Source: Amoebidium appalachense | Taxonomy: Eukaryota; Protista; Ichthyosporea | DNA length: 64,000 bases | NCBI GenBank assembly: GCA_963693365.1 | Contig: CAVNZM010000013.1 | Location: forward strand, 6,004,640-6,068,639 | Direction of reading: 5' to 3' | Translations under genes and position numbers: made by a program | In this document: piece by piece, positions 34,146 to 56,946 of the stretch | Layout: each line of letters opens with the position of its first letter | How positions within the stretch are numbered: position 1 is the stretch's first letter | Notes under the pieces: model-generated | What the model saw: the letters and a program-made list of their open reading frames with translations, nothing else | Told to the model about the DNA's origin: nothing | The model's database searches: none

Positions 34146-34680
34146 AAGGGCGCAGGGTTACTGGACTGAGGGGGGTGGCCGGTGGAGTGGCCAGTGGCCA
34201 GACACATTCCAAGCGATGCGCGGTGCACCAATGATAATGCGCGGATCCCACGATCTGCCGAGATCGTTTCTGCGATCTGGCAGCTGCAGACACAGGCAGA
34301 CCGGGCCTAGCTTCGCGATCGTGCCACTGACAATCAGTGAGGGCACAGCAGGCCCCATCCCACTGTGTGCATTGTGTGCATGCAATTCTGTCAGGCCAAT
34401 GCATATCCACAGTTATACGTCTAGTTGAGGAGGCAATACTGGTAGTGTATCTCAGAGCGTACACAGGGACAGATGCGAACAGCGAAGGCTGATAAAATCA
34501 GGAAGGAGAAAGCGTGCTAATTAGATACCAAACGAGTGCCGGCACACCAGCACACTGCCGTCCTTCCGGCAGGGAGCAATATTTTGACCTTCACTTCCGG
34601 TGCGGTGGAGGCTGTAAGCATACACAAGTAGCTGGCGAGCAGCTGTCCGTGGCTGCACGGTGTGCTAGGCTGTGGGCATC

Positions 34681-36008
34681 ATGGCCGTCAGGTGCGTGCC
34701 TGGGTCGCTGGGACGGGTCGCAGGGTACTGTGGCTGGGTGGCTGTGTGTGGTGTTCAGAAGCTCACAGGCCGCACATGGACAGAATCGCACCCACGGCAG
34801 TGGTGTGCAAGGACGCCCGGCTGGAGGGCAACATAACAATCGGTATGATGATTGCCCTGTGGCTGGCCACATGGGTGGCTGACTCTGCCCTGCAGGTGAG
34901 GGCTGTGTGGTGCAGCCCCGGGCGCACATACGGGCTGAGAGTGGGCCCATCGTGGTGGGGGCAGGCACCAACATCGAGGAGAACACAACTATAGTCAACA
35001 GGTGTGTACTGCTGGGTGGGTCCTGGGCTGGGCAGCTGACCTCCTTGTGCAGGGCCGAGCCAGGCTGGGTGATGGTCATAGGCCAGGGCTGCACCGTGGA
35101 AGCCTGTGCCGGTGCGTGACTGCGCTGACTGCTCTGCGTGTGTTCAGTTCATGTGCGTGCACGGGCAAGCACGTGTGTGTATATGTGTGTGTGGGTGTTG
35201 GGGGGAGGAGGGGGGGGGGGGGGGAGGGGGAGAGGGAGGAGACAAGAGGGCTGGCTGGGGCTATGGTGGGTGCTGGTAGGGCAGCAGGGTGCTGGGCAGG
35301 GCAGGTGGCAGCTGTGAGCGGGTGGCGGGCTGACGGGGGCCACAGTGCTGGACAGCTGCACGCTTGCTGACGGCGTCCACGTGGAGTGCAAAGGTTGGTC
35401 CCGGGGTTGGGCTGCAAGAGGGTTTGTAGGGGGGGGGGGGGGGGGGGGGGGGGGGAGGAGGAGGGGGGGGGGGGGGGGGGGGCGCTGGTTGCAGGCCACT
35501 TGGTCACCCTGCTGCCTTTGGGCTGCCTTTGGGGCTTGAATGTGGTGTGGGGCTTGGGTGCCCAGAGGCTGGCAGGCGGCATGGGGTGTGGTACAGTAGA
35601 GTGGTATGTCCCCCCCCCCCCCCCCCCCCCCCCGGGGGGGGGGGGGGAGGGGATGGTTGTGCAGAAGGTGTGCCACTGGGGGGGGGGGGGGGGGGGAGGG
35701 GGAAGGGATGGTTGTGCAGAAGGTGTGCCACTATGTACCCCGGGGGGGGGGGGGGGGGGGGGGAAGGACGGGGAGGGGACAGGGGCTGACATTGGGCTGC
35801 AGGGCAAGTGGGGCCGGGGGCTGTCCTGGGAACCGGCAGCGTGGTGGGAGCGCTGTGCCAGGTATGCACATAAGCTGCTGGGAGTTGCAGCCGGGCAGCA
35901 CTAACGGGGGGCTGCAGGTGGGGCCACTGGAGGAGCTGCCCGAGGCCCACATCCTGTTTGGAAAGGACCACACAGTGCGGCCCATGCACCCCAGCAGCAG
36001 TCAGGTTT

Positions 36009-36051
<43 letters not shown>

Positions 36052-36240
36052 ACCACACACACACACACACACACACCCACACCACCACCACCACCACCAC
36101 CACCACCCACGGGCTCCGGGCCCAAACGTGGCTGCTGACAGGGGTCACAGCACTTCCGGGCGCTCAATGAGGCACAGCTGCGGCTGCTGCAGCACACCCT
36201 GCCCAGCTTCCACCACCTGCACCAGCAGGCCCCAGCATAG
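34681..36240 (+). CDS. DCTN6: Dynactin subunit 6 (p27)
   Basis: IAPTAVVCKDARLEGNITIG|EGCVVQPRAHIRAESGPIVVGAGTNIEENTTIVN, left-handed beta-helix repeats, and C-terminal QLRLLQHTLPSFHHL. Confidence 0.9.
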
Positions 36241-36483
36241 CCCTGGCGGGCAGGCAGGCAGGCAGGCAGGCGGCTTTAGGCCGGGGCGAGGGGGGGATGT
36301 GTAGTGGTTGGCTGAACAGGGGACAGGCACGGCATGCATGTATGACGACGACCAATCAGATGAAGGAATAGCCAATACAATAATGCTCGTATGCTTTAAA
36401 AATGCAGTTTCTGCCCCCTCCCCCCCCCCCCCCCCTCCCCCCCCCTCCCCCCCCTCCTCCCCCCGCCGCCAAAACACACACAC

Positions 36484-36527
<44 letters not shown>

Positions 36528-36644
36528 CAGCCCGCCAGTTGCTTGCTGTACCTTAGAAGGAGTGATGAAGTTAACCTAATTGTTGCCCGTCTGAGAATAA
36601 TATGTGCACCTCTGTTGTCTGAATTCACCCTAGCTAGTATGAGC

Positions 36645-36980
36645 AAGCCTGTTGTGTGTATGTACATGTTTATGTATTTTTACGACCACATCTGTTGTGT
36701 GTGGACATGCTCCCAAGCGTGCGTCCCGTTGTGCATATGTACTTTGACGCACACAGGGTGTCCATTTTTTTTAAGGACAGAAGGAATGTGATCTTGGTTT
36801 TCCGCATACAAGGAGAAGCCTGTTGTGTGTATGTACATGTTTATGTATTTTTACGACCACATCTGTTGTGTGTGGACATGCTCCCTAGCATGCGTCCCAT
36901 TGCGCATATGTACTTTGACGCACACCGGGTGTCCATTTTTTTTAAGGACAGAAGGAATGCGATCTTGGTTTTCCACATAC
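36645..36980. repeat. 171-bp tandem duplication (2 copies)
   Basis: AAGCCTGTTGTGTGTATGTACATG..GATCTTGGTTTTCC starts at 36645 and again at 36816, with few substitutions. Confidence 0.9.
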
Positions 36981-37897
36981 GGGGATTGAATACCAGTGAT
37001 TGGCACGGCCACCAGGTAGCCACTAGCTTGGAGATCTACGTGGTAAATGACTAGCAAGTTAGTAGCAAGCACTGGCGATATTTAGGGCGTGCACCTATCT
37101 CACAGTGAAACGTGGCCACTGGCAGAAGTCAGGACTGGTGGAACCCACACATGATGATATAACACAGCTCGGTCCAAGTACAAGCGGGCTGACGCGGACG
37201 CTGAAAACCGGATGAACACATATTCTCGGCTTATAAGTACGTCGTGTAGGCACACATTCTTTCTGCGACCCTTAAGCTTTCTAATAGACCTGCGCACATC
37301 AAAGTGCAAATGCACAATGTCGATCATATATGGAGGGTCACCTCTGGCACACACCACAGACCTAGATTCGCACACAAGGGAGCATGCATGTGCGCGTACA
37401 CACACCGCCCCCCAAGCGAACGAACACATAATTTCCATTACGCCCACACCCACTGACTACCCTTTCCTGCACACACAATTACTCAAGAACTTGCGTCCAC
37501 ATGTCAAGCACAACGGAAAAAGGAAAACAGCACACCCCGGCCAAAACACACGTACACTTACATACTGTACGTACCTGCGGGGGGGAAGGGGGTGGGTGGG
37601 GGGTGGGGGGGGAGGGGGCCTGAGAGCGAGAGTGAGAGAGAGAGAGAGAGAGAGTCTGAGAGGGGGGGGTAAGATGGAGTCATAAATTGTAGAGAGAGAA
37701 ATGTTAAGTGTGAGAGAAATTTGAGAACTTCAAGCTTGAGAGCTGGAGAGAGGGGAAGAGAGAGAAATGGTGAGAGATCTCTAGAGAGCGAGGCAGGTAG
37801 AGCTGACAGAGAGATAAAGGGGGAGGGGGGAAGCTGAAAGAGCGAGTGTGAGAGAGAAAGCGCGAGAGTGAGAGGGGGGGGGGGGGGGGGGGGGAGG

Positions 37898-37930
<33 letters not shown>

Positions 37931-38221
37931 GGGGGAGGGGGGAGGGGGAGGGGGGATCAAGGAGGTTTGCCTTTGAGATCTAGCTTTCAACCTTCGAATT
38001 CGACAACGCATGCAAACCTATGCAAACCCTGTAACTTGCTGTAAGTCACGGTTGACTCGTCGGATGAGTAACTCATCATGAGTTTCAAGTTTGACCGTAC
38101 TCCTTCAATAATCTTGCTCGGAAAATGATTGGTCAAAAATCCCGCGCTACCCTCCCATTGGTTAACTTATACCCTTTTACGGCAAGTGCGCAACGCAGTG
38201 GCATGCAAGGCAGCCCTCAGG

Positions 38222-39548
38222 TGTACGGTCGGAACGAATATCCGCATTGGCGGATATCCCGACACTCTCGATTATCCCGGCAAATAAAGGATTGGACAGA
38301 CCGTGTTGTCGGTCAGTCTGTAGTCTGGAGTCAAGGAGATAGGATCATAGTCTCTCCATAGTTGATGGTAGCCAGAGTATAATTGGAAAGGTTCTGCAAC
38401 CTCTAGACCCACCCGCCCACCCTACGTGACGGCACACCGCCCAGCAACAACGTCAAGAGACGCTTCCACACCAACGACCTCAAGATCTGCACTTCAAAAT
38501 GGCTACAGCACTCCCTCTCTCTGCTTACTCAAGAGCACTCTGCACTAACTGACCATTCCACTATACACGGCCTACCGCAATAATTGCATAACGTTATACA
38601 GTACGGTCACGCGCGATGATACGTGCACATGTATAAACGAAAAACGCATGACACCTGCACATGCAAAAACGAAAATCGCTGGTTGCATAATCCTTTGAAA
38701 TAACTACATACAAAACCATACCAGCACAATGTGTTGTTGCGTAAACAACTGATGCTTTGCATGAAACGTACTTGCACGAGCGTTGAAAAGGCAAAAGAAG
38801 TCTTACAAACGCACAAAAGCGTTACGCAGCTGTGAAGGACGACCCAAATGGCGCCTCACAGTATGCACAAACACAACATACAACTTCCAATGACTTAACG
38901 ATGCAAATGTAAAGGCGCAACGTGTAAGGTGTTAGGTGCAAACGCAACAACCACTGCACGCTTGAATTCGCGTGCACTGCTTCACTGTAAGCACAAATGT
39001 CCGTTCCACATGCCTGCCTGCACTCAGTCAGCCGTTACCACAGACACAACAAAAGGAATGAGTCACACAAGAGACAAGCCATAAAATCGCATGCACACCC
39101 GCTCTCTGGTGGCTAGCTGAGCTAGTAACCATATGGTTTGTCCGTGGACAAAAGCACACATAGGGCTAAGGAAACGTAAAAGGCCCTGAGGAGTATTCTG
39201 AGAGTGTTTCCCTCCTCGAAACCCAGGGAACAGTGCGACTCCCTGTACAAAAACCGCACTCGCCACTTCCGTTGCATTGAACAGATTTAGTTGCAAGTAG
39301 AAAGAATACTAAGTGCACAAAAGCACACATGCCAAAAAACAAGATGGCAACACAATATCATATCTCCGGTAAGCTTCAGGGACGAAGCTTTCTCCCGGGG
39401 GGGATGTACGGTCGGAACGAATATCCGGATTGGCGGATATCCCGATACTCTTCATTATCCCGGCAAATAAAGGATCGGACAGACCGCGGTGTCGGTCAGT
39501 CTGTAGCCTGGAGTCACGGAGATAGGATCATAGTCTCTCCATAGTTCA
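38222..39548 (+). mobile_element. Non-autonomous LTR retroelement (TRIM-like, Ty3/gypsy-type features)
   Basis: 144-bp LTRs at 38222-38365 and 39405-39548 (about 10 mismatches; TG..GA and TG..CA). The 4-bp TSD is CAGG. A PBS-like TGGTAGCCAGAG lies at 38366, and the hairpin AAGCTTC-AGGGAC-GAAGCTT plus a poly-G PPT precede the 3' LTR. There is no gag/pol ORF. Confidence 0.9.
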
Positions 39549-39962
39549 CAGGCTTGAACATCATAGGCTTAGCTCATGGCCATCTTGCCTAATTATAAGC
39601 CCAGCACAAGGCTCAGTTTGAGGGAGCTCCTACTTTTCAAGGAACATCCTTTGCGGGTGCGACTGGTCACATGCCTCTCCTGCCCTTCAAAGATAGCGGT
39701 CAGCGAGCGTTGATTTATCATACATAGGCTGGAAGGCACACGTACAATCAGGATGTGCTGGGACGAATAAGCCTGTTCACCTGGTGTTCACAGACACGAA
39801 CATATTGCCTACAGTACACTACTACATGGCTGTGTTTCTGTTTAGTCACATTGCCCAGAGCCACCGTCCACCGACCACTGCTAACATCACACCCTGGGGG
39901 CTCATACTGGGCCTTAAGCCGCCTGTCTGGCCCGTGGGCTCCATTGAAGCAGGCCAGGCAGC

Positions 39963-40014
39963 ATGGACGCCACGGGGACCATACGGCTGGTGCTGGTCGT
40001 GGGTGAGTGCTAGC

Positions 40015-40063
<49 letters not shown>

Positions 40064-41521
40064 AAGCTTTGGGGGAAAAAAAAAAAAAAAAAAAAAAAAA
40101 AAGGCGGTGGTGGTGTTGGTAGTCGTGGTGTTGATGGGGATGAGGGTGGCAGTGTTAGATGATGGGAAGAGAGAGGGCTGGGGGGGAGGGGGGGGGGGGG
40201 GGTTCGCGGGGTTGAACTTGCTGACAGGGCTGCAGACGGCAGCAGCAGCATGGTGGGTGCCCTTGACGTGCTACGGGCAGACTACCTGGACCCCATGCTA
40301 AGGTACCGTACGGAGGGTGGGGGGGTCTGTAGGCTCGGTTGAAGGGTTGCTAAGGGGCAGCATGCAGAGAGCTGGACCAGGGGGACGGCACAAAGGCACG
40401 TGGGGGCCGGGGGAAGGGCGGGGGAGGGAGAAGGGGGGGAGGGGGGGAGAGGAATTTTGCTGATGCTGCTGCAGCTGCTGGTGGGGGGAGTGGTCTACCG
40501 CGACTATTGTGGGCCTCTGCCGGTGCTGGAAGTCCTGCCATATGGCCCCGCTGCCCTGGCACAGGCTTGGCTGCAGAGTGCGTGCCCGTGGGGGAAAGAG
40601 AGGGTGGTGGTGGCGGTGGAGAGGAGGTCTAACAGGGGGCAGGGCTGGAGCTTGGAGGCAGCAGCCTCGGGGGGGCGCTGGCTGAGGGCTTGGCGGCGGC
40701 CCTGCAGGTGGGTGTGCCTGTGCCTGTGTGCCTGTCTGCCTAGGTTGGTGGGTGGCTGAAACCCCGGGGTTGAACAGCTGCCGGGGGCTGGAGAGGAGGA
40801 AGCACACAACAGCCACATAGTGGTGGTGTGGTAAGTGGTGAGGGAGGGGGATAAGGAGGCTGGGGGGGGGGGGGGGGGGGGGGGGGAGGGCATCCTGTAA
40901 CAGGGCTGCAGCAACACAGAGCCCCGGGACATGGCTACCCTCCTGCCGTGGGGAGTGCCGCCGGGCGCACCGCAGACCTGTAAAGACCAGGCAGCAGAGC
41001 TGGGCCAGGTGGGTGTGTGCGCGGGGGGGGGGGGGGGGGGGGGGGGGGGGAGGAAGGGGGGGAACAGGTATGGGGAGGAGGAGGGGGCGGGGGAGGGGGG
41101 GGGGAGGCTAGACGCTAATGCGGGCAGCAGCTGGGGTACACACTGTCGGTGATCTGCCCCCGAAGGTTGCAGGAGCTTATAGACCTTGCCGATCTGTACG
41201 TGACGGTAAGTGTGTGTGTGTGTGTGTGCGTGTGGGTGGGTGGGTGGGTGGGTGGGTGGGGAGGGGGAGGAGGAGGGGAGGGGGAGGGGGGTTGTTTGGG
41301 GGGGGGAGGGGGTTGGGGAAGGTGGGAAGAGGGGTGGGGGGAAGGGGAGGCGAGGAGGGGAAGGGGGGAGGGGGGAGGGGGGAGGGAAGGGGGTTGTTTG
41401 GGGCTAAATGGGCGGCAGGCCACGGGGGGCCGGGAAGGGCTGCGAGACATGGCAGCACTGCCCCAGCACCTGGCCCTAGTGGCTGGACTGCCCCTAGGCA
41501 CCCTGCGATTCAGCCGTAGGT

Positions 41522-41554
<33 letters not shown>

Positions 41555-42673
41555 TCCCCCCCCCCCTCCCCCCCCCCTACACACACACACACACACACCC
41601 TTCCCGGGCGCAGGCAGGCAGGCACTGACTGGTATGCAGATGTGGACACGGACGGGCCCGAGGGCAGGGCAGAGGACAGGGAGCAGCTGCTGGTGTGTGC
41701 AATCCCCCCCCCCCCCCCCCCCTCCCCATCCCCCCCCCCCTCCCCCCCTCCCCGCCCCAGTCCCCGCACTGCTCTAGGTCCTGGGCAGGGCACTTTAAAA
41801 CCATTGAACCAGGCTGTATAGGACCACCACACTCTCATCCTCGCACCAACCACCTTTGCCCTACATTCAAACTATCATATTGGCAGAAAGTAAACACTTG
41901 CAACTTATATAAATGAAACAGCCAACAACAGGAAGATTATCCGGATGTCCAGTATTAGGTCCGAGGTTCATACATTCACATTCACTCCACAGATATTGAT
42001 ACCAATAACTTAGTGTCATACCAACACCATGTCGTGAGCCATATAATTACAACCAATATAACTCCACTGACCATTACCTGCACCATCTGCAATACGCAAT
42101 GATCATTTTTACCAACAGCATCCCCATTTTGCAATTCACACAAGTATAGACATGATGGTAATGCTTGAGAGAGTGATGGGAGCCGTTGGCATGTACGGGG
42201 GGCAACATTTGAATTCGTGCTGCCCCTGCAAGCCTGGTGGGATGGCGGGCCAACCCAAGCTGGCGGAGGGCTCTTTTATTTGTTTATTTTTTCTAAATAA
42301 TTTTTTTATATTGATTAGCCAGTATTGATGTATTTTGTTTTTATTAAATATCATATCCTTAAGTTCTGGTAGGACCGTGCTGCTGCGCTTCCTCTTCATA
42401 CATGCTCTTGTTACACAGCAGAGCTCTGGGGTGCCGACACGTGGCCGCCCACTAACCCTCTGCCCCAGCCCCCAACCCCAGGCCCGGCAAGTGCAGAGCC
42501 AAGCCCAGGGCCCGGCCGCAGGGGTGGGTGTAGGTATGTGGTGGCTACTGTGGGTGTAGTGTTGGGCTGAAAGGGGGGGGCCAGATACAACAGACAGTGC
42601 CACGGGCAGCCCCCAGACACCCGGCACGGTAGGTGGTGGTGGGGTGGGGTGTGGTGTGGTGTGGTGGGGTGGG

Positions 42674-42729
<56 letters not shown>

Positions 42730-42911
42730 GGGGGGGGGTGGGGTGGGGATGTGTGTGTGGGGGTATGGGGGGGGGGGGGGGGGGGGGGGGATAGGGTGGC
42801 GCCTATGCAAGGTTACTGATGGAGAGGCGACACAGAGACTGCAGGGGACTGCGGGGCAGCAGGGCCAACGAAGGGTGGGTCCTTCTTCTGTTGGGTGGTG
42901 GTGGTGGTGGT

Positions 42912-42947
<36 letters not shown>

Positions 42948-43624
42948 CTGAGAAATCATGGGCACAGGTGCAGGTAATGCTTGAGATGCGCAAGGGCGAC
43001 CAAAAGGTTGAAATGCCCCTGGTGATGGCTACAGACCAGTAGGTGCCCTGCTTACTAGTATTATTAGTATTGCAAATCTTAGTATTTCAAACCTTAGTAT
43101 TGCAAAACATTAGCATTGCAAACAATAGTATTACAAACCTTAGCATTGCAAACATTAGCATTGCAAACCTTAGCATTGCAAACCTTAGTATTGCAAACCT
43201 TAGTGTTGAACATCTTAGCATTGCAAGCCTTAGCATTGCAGACCTTAGCCTTGCAAACCTTAGTATTGCAAACCTAGGAGGGCACACAGGCCAATCATGC
43301 TATACGTCGTGTTGCACACTGTATAGGCCACAGGACGTGTGCCTAATTATTCGGTGCTGACTGGGGGGCAGGATTGATGCCTCTGAGTTTGATGTGCCGC
43401 TGGTGGTGAACGTCGTCAATCCGCAGAATATTCCCGAGCTCTCAGACCCGGATCGTCTCTCTGCCACCCCAAGGGTAGGTGGGCCCATGGAGCCTTTGGG
43501 GGGGGAGGGGGGGGGGGGGGGGGGATGCCCGCAAGCCCAGGGGGGGGGGGGGGATTTTATAGAAACCTTGCAAGCCTGAGGGTATACCAAACAAGTGGAG
43601 AGGTGTGTGTTTGTGTGTGTGTGT

Positions 43625-43655
<31 letters not shown>

Positions 43656-45030
43656 TAGCCTGGGGGGAGGGGGGATGGGGGGGGATAGCCTAGCTAACAG
43701 GGCTCACAGACCGTGACGGCAATGGGGACCTCAAAGCCGCAGTGGTGGGGCCAAGTGCAACAGAGTGGCCTGGTAAGGGGGAGGGGGGGGGGGGGGTACC
43801 TAATATGGTCTGGTGGGGGTTACCAAATATGGTCTGGTGGGGGTTACCAAATATGGTATGGTCATGGGTACCAATTATGGCCTGGGGGGGGGGGGTACCA
43901 AATATGGCCTGGTGGGGGATACCAAATATGTTCTGGTGGGGGGGGGGGGGGGGGGGGAAGGAATATGGTCTGGTGGGGGATACCAAATATGGTCTGGTGG
44001 GGGGGGGGGGGGAGTACCGAATATGGTCTGGTGGGGGATACCAAATATGGTCTGGTGGGGGTACCAATTATGGTCTGGTGGGGGGGGGGGGGGGGGTACC
44101 GAATATGGTCTGGTGGGGGATACCAAATATGGTCTGGTGGAGGGTACCATGTATGACTTGGACAGGTGGTGGTGGTGGTGGTCACGGGAATTGGTCACGG
44201 GGGGCAGGGGGAGATAGAGGGAGGGAGGGGGGGAGGAATGTGAAGGCAAGCAATTTTGTGATTGGCCAGGTGGAGGATATGTGGGGGATATGTGTATGTG
44301 ATCCGCACTCTTTTGGATGAACACGTATTTGTCGGGCCCAAATTAGCTTGCTAGGGGACATGCACATGTGTAGTCTGACTCCAAATCAGTTTATGTGTGA
44401 TCTCAATTAGCGCATAAGCCTGTGGGGGAAGCATGTACGTATACATGATTGGTTCAAATCATCCTGTGGGGGGAGCCTGTACCATACCTATACATCTGTG
44501 GTCCGAATTATCCTTCTGGAGGACATGGCCGGGGACTGACGGTTTAGCAGATTGGGCTGGTGAGGATGCGCAGCCGGCTGCTGCTGCTGTACCCACAGGC
44601 AGGGGGCCAGGGCCAGCTGACATGCATTGCCACGCCAGACATGGCCCTGTACGAAGGTGTGTGTGCATGCCGAGACATGGCGTGGGTGTGTTTGTGCTTG
44701 TGCGTGCCTGCAGTTGTATAGTATGGTTGTTTATCCCCCCCCCCCCCCCTCCCCCCCTCCTCCGGTGGGAAAAAGGACACCACGTGGGATTGCTATCCCT
44801 TGCTCCCTTTAGAGAAGATAAGACGTGGGGTAATTAGGTGATAGCCCACCAGTTAATCGTGTGATGGTTGACCTCGAGCCCCCACCTCCTCCCTCCCTCC
44901 CCCCCCCCCCCTCCCCCCCCCCCCCCCCCCCCCCCCCCCTCTCCCCCCCCCCTTTTCCCCAGCGCTTGCAAGGCGGCAACGGCAGCAGCAGCAGCAGGCA
45001 GGCATGGCGGCACGCAGGCCCCAGCAGTAG
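39963..45030 (+). CDS. MED25: Mediator subunit 25-like (VWA domain plus putative ACID domain)
   Basis: IRLVLVV|DGSSSMVGALDVLRADYLDPML, GGVVYRDYC..AWLQ, ALAEGLAAALQ, HIVVV|CSNTEP and LSVICPRRLQELIDL match the MED25 VWA layout. The later exons VMLEMRKGDQKVEMPL and IGLVRMRSRLLLLYPQ are ACID-like, and the tail is Q-rich. Confidence 0.72.
43055..43275. repeat. 15-bp intronic minisatellite
   Basis: Unit TTAGCATTGCAAACC, about 14 degenerate copies. Confidence 0.9.
43795..44150. repeat. About 24-bp intronic minisatellite with variable G-runs
   Basis: Unit TACCAAATATGGTCTGGTGGGGG(G/A). Confidence 0.9.
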
Positions 45031-45689
45031 GTCCCATGGGGGGGCTATGTACATAGGGGGCACATGGACATACAGATACTTGTTCGGATGTAAGGCCCTG
45101 GTTCGACATATCAAAGACACAGTGGCCTTTTGTATTTGAAAATTTAAAAGCACATCTGGCAAATTTACTCACGCCTAAGATTCAAAAAGGCAGTACATGG
45201 ACCCAGGCATGGGCCTTAATAAAACTTGGTGCTACCATGCAGTATACAGTTACATGTAGACTGCAAAGCCATATTAGCTCACGGGGTTATATATCCCCTT
45301 ATCCCCATCATGTCTGGCCCTGTTATCTCGGCACTCCAACTTACAGCTATCTCACTGTCTCCTGGTATGTGGGTGTGCCAGGCCTACCAAAGCACCACAG
45401 GGATAGGTCGAATTAAAGATTAGGTGAATATTGGATGTAGCCAGCTAGAATCTTATTTCCAGATACCTCCCCCCCCCCCCCCCCCCCCCCCCTAGCCCAC
45501 AAGGACAAAAGAAAAAAACCTCAAATTTCATGTGCCGCACAGGGGGGCTAGCCAGCTAGAATGTGAAATCTCCCAGATTTTCCAGCGCTAAATCTTAAAT
45601 TCGGAAAATCTTATATTTAGCCCACGCCTGTACCCCTTACAGCCACCGCTACCTCTCGCATGTGCGCTGCAGCCACCCTGCCGCCTGCA

Positions 45690-45824
45690 CTAGGGCAGAG
45701 CCTGCCCGGCCACATGTACCATGGGTGTTTCGAGGTGTGCCGCCAGCCGGCTCAACGTCTGCCGGTAGTGCTGCAAAAACATGAAACGTCAGCCCCGGAA
45801 TCCCCCTTCCCCCCCCCCCTCCCC

Positions 45825-45864
<40 letters not shown>

Positions 45865-45877
45865 TTCTCTCAAAAAA

Positions 45878-45908
<31 letters not shown>

Positions 45909-46118
45909 TCCACCCTCTTCCTTCCACAAACACTTCCAACGCGCTTGCGCGCGCACACACACACACAAACACACACACACTCACTCACTCACTCACTCAC
46001 TCACACATACTCACACACACCCTTCCATACACAAACACTCCCCAGTCCTCCCCCCCCCCCCCCCCCCCCCCATACACACTCTCCCCTCACCCCCTCCTCC
46101 CCTCCCCCCCCCCCCCCC

Positions 46119-46188
<70 letters not shown>

Positions 46189-46488
46189 CCCACGTACCGC
46201 CTGTATCATCCTCTGCAGTAGCCACCCTGTGCCCCACACCTGCGGGTTGAAGCGGCACCGCCACGTCACAATCGTGCCCCTGTAGCACAGACCTTCCTTC
46301 AGAACCATCCCCCCTCCCCCGCCTCCTCCCCCCTCCCCCCCCTCCCCCCCCCCCCCCCCCCCCCCCACCCACCCACCCACCCCCCACCCAAAAGCCTAGG
46401 TACGCACCCGCCTGGGTGGCTGTCAAACAGCACCTCTGCCGTGTGGTCGCATATCGGATATCCCCCTGCACACAATGTCATTAGTCCC

Positions 46489-46546
<58 letters not shown>

Positions 46547-47236
46547 CTCCCTCCCAAAGCCTCCCGGGCTGCCCCCTACCAGCCAGCTGTGTGTAGGTGA
46601 TGCGCTCGTTTCGGGTGTATGACGTCACCAGCTCCAGGGTGCTGCCCCACAGTGTGTTGCTGCCCACCACCATGCCCTCCCCGTACGCATCTCTGCTCCC
46701 TGCACACCCTCAGCCCCTTGCACCCCCTTCCCCCCCTCCCCCTATGCACGAACCTGGCTGGAGCACCTCCGTCTGCTGGTCGGCCCAGGTGGCCCAGGTC
46801 GTGGGGTCGGCAAAGGCCTCAAAGACCACGCCCACTGCGGCCTAGGGCCACAGTCAGCACCTCTTCCAAGCTACACCCTTCGTGCATCTATATACCTAAC
46901 TAGCAATGCACCCATGTCAAAAAAAACCCCACCAGATGCCTTTTGCGCCGCACCACTGAGAACATTCACGCATGCGCGCGCGCGCCCACACACACACACA
47001 CACATACACATAGTGTGCACAAAAACACACTCATATTCACTGGTACACACCCACGCCACCACACACTCAAACACCCACACCCCCACACACCTGATGTGTG
47101 TACACGCCCACACACCAGCAACAACCAGACTCTCTTGTTCCCCTTCACACCCCAAGCGCACACTTATACAATCCCCCAGCCGCACCTTCACGTGCTGCAC
47201 GGCCTCTGCGTGGCACGCCACCTGCTGGGCGGCCAT
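45690..47236 (-). CDS. SRPBCC/polyketide-cyclase-2 (START-like) family protein, bacterial-type
   Basis: Six exons: MAAQQVACHAEAVQHVK|AAVGVVFEAFADPTTWATWA..|GEGMVV..ELVTSYTRNERITYTQLA|GGYPICDHTAEVLFDSHPGG|GTIVTWRCRFNPQVWGTGWLLQRMIQA|HYRQTLSRLAAHLE. Confidence 0.8.
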
Positions 47237-47526
47237 AGTGCGCAGCCGCAACCATAGCCCTTGGCCAGCCACCAGCCAGACCCGTGCCCCGTGAGCCAGA
47301 CCCTAAAAGTGTCCCTCCGGCGCCAACTGCTTTGAACCGCCTGCGGCAGCACGCCACGCTTGCGCTCTGTATTATTTTGTGTGCGTGCACGCAGTGTGTT
47401 ATTATTATTATTCTTATTATTATTTGGGAGAGAAGGAGGTGACGCCTGGCCATGGGATAAAGTTTCCCGCAAATAAAACAAACAAGCCGTGGCCGTGTTC
47501 AAGTTCCTGCCGGCGGAAACTTTGAT

Positions 47527-47538
47527 CACGTGACGTCA
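47527..47538. promoter_or_regulatory. Overlapping E-box (CACGTG) and CRE (TGACGTCA) in the divergent SRPBCC/TLE promoter
   Basis: CACGTGACGTCA lies about 190 bp upstream of the TLE ATG and about 290 bp upstream of the SRPBCC ATG. Confidence 0.4.
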
Positions 47539-47728
47539 TCACTTTGGGCCGTTATCACCAGGGCAGCTCCGGCAGACAGAAAACGCTCGTAACTTAGGCG
47601 AAGAAGCACAGAGGTAGAGATATACGGGGCGAGAGAGAGAGAGAGAGACTGAGACACATAGCGTATACATTCGAGCCTGCGTTGGGCCTTAGCGGAGGGG
47701 CGGGGCCGAGGGCCCACACACAGGCTAC

Positions 47729-56946
<9,218 letters not shown>

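Noticed and set aside
43043-43360. Pentapeptide-repeat-like ORF (LSIAN)n
   Set aside because: It is the 15-bp minisatellite within a MED25 intron.
45204-45630. Possible hAT-like MITE (CAGGCATGGGC..GCCCACGCCTG)
   Set aside because: The inverted match is only ~11 bp and imperfect, and no flanking TSD was found.
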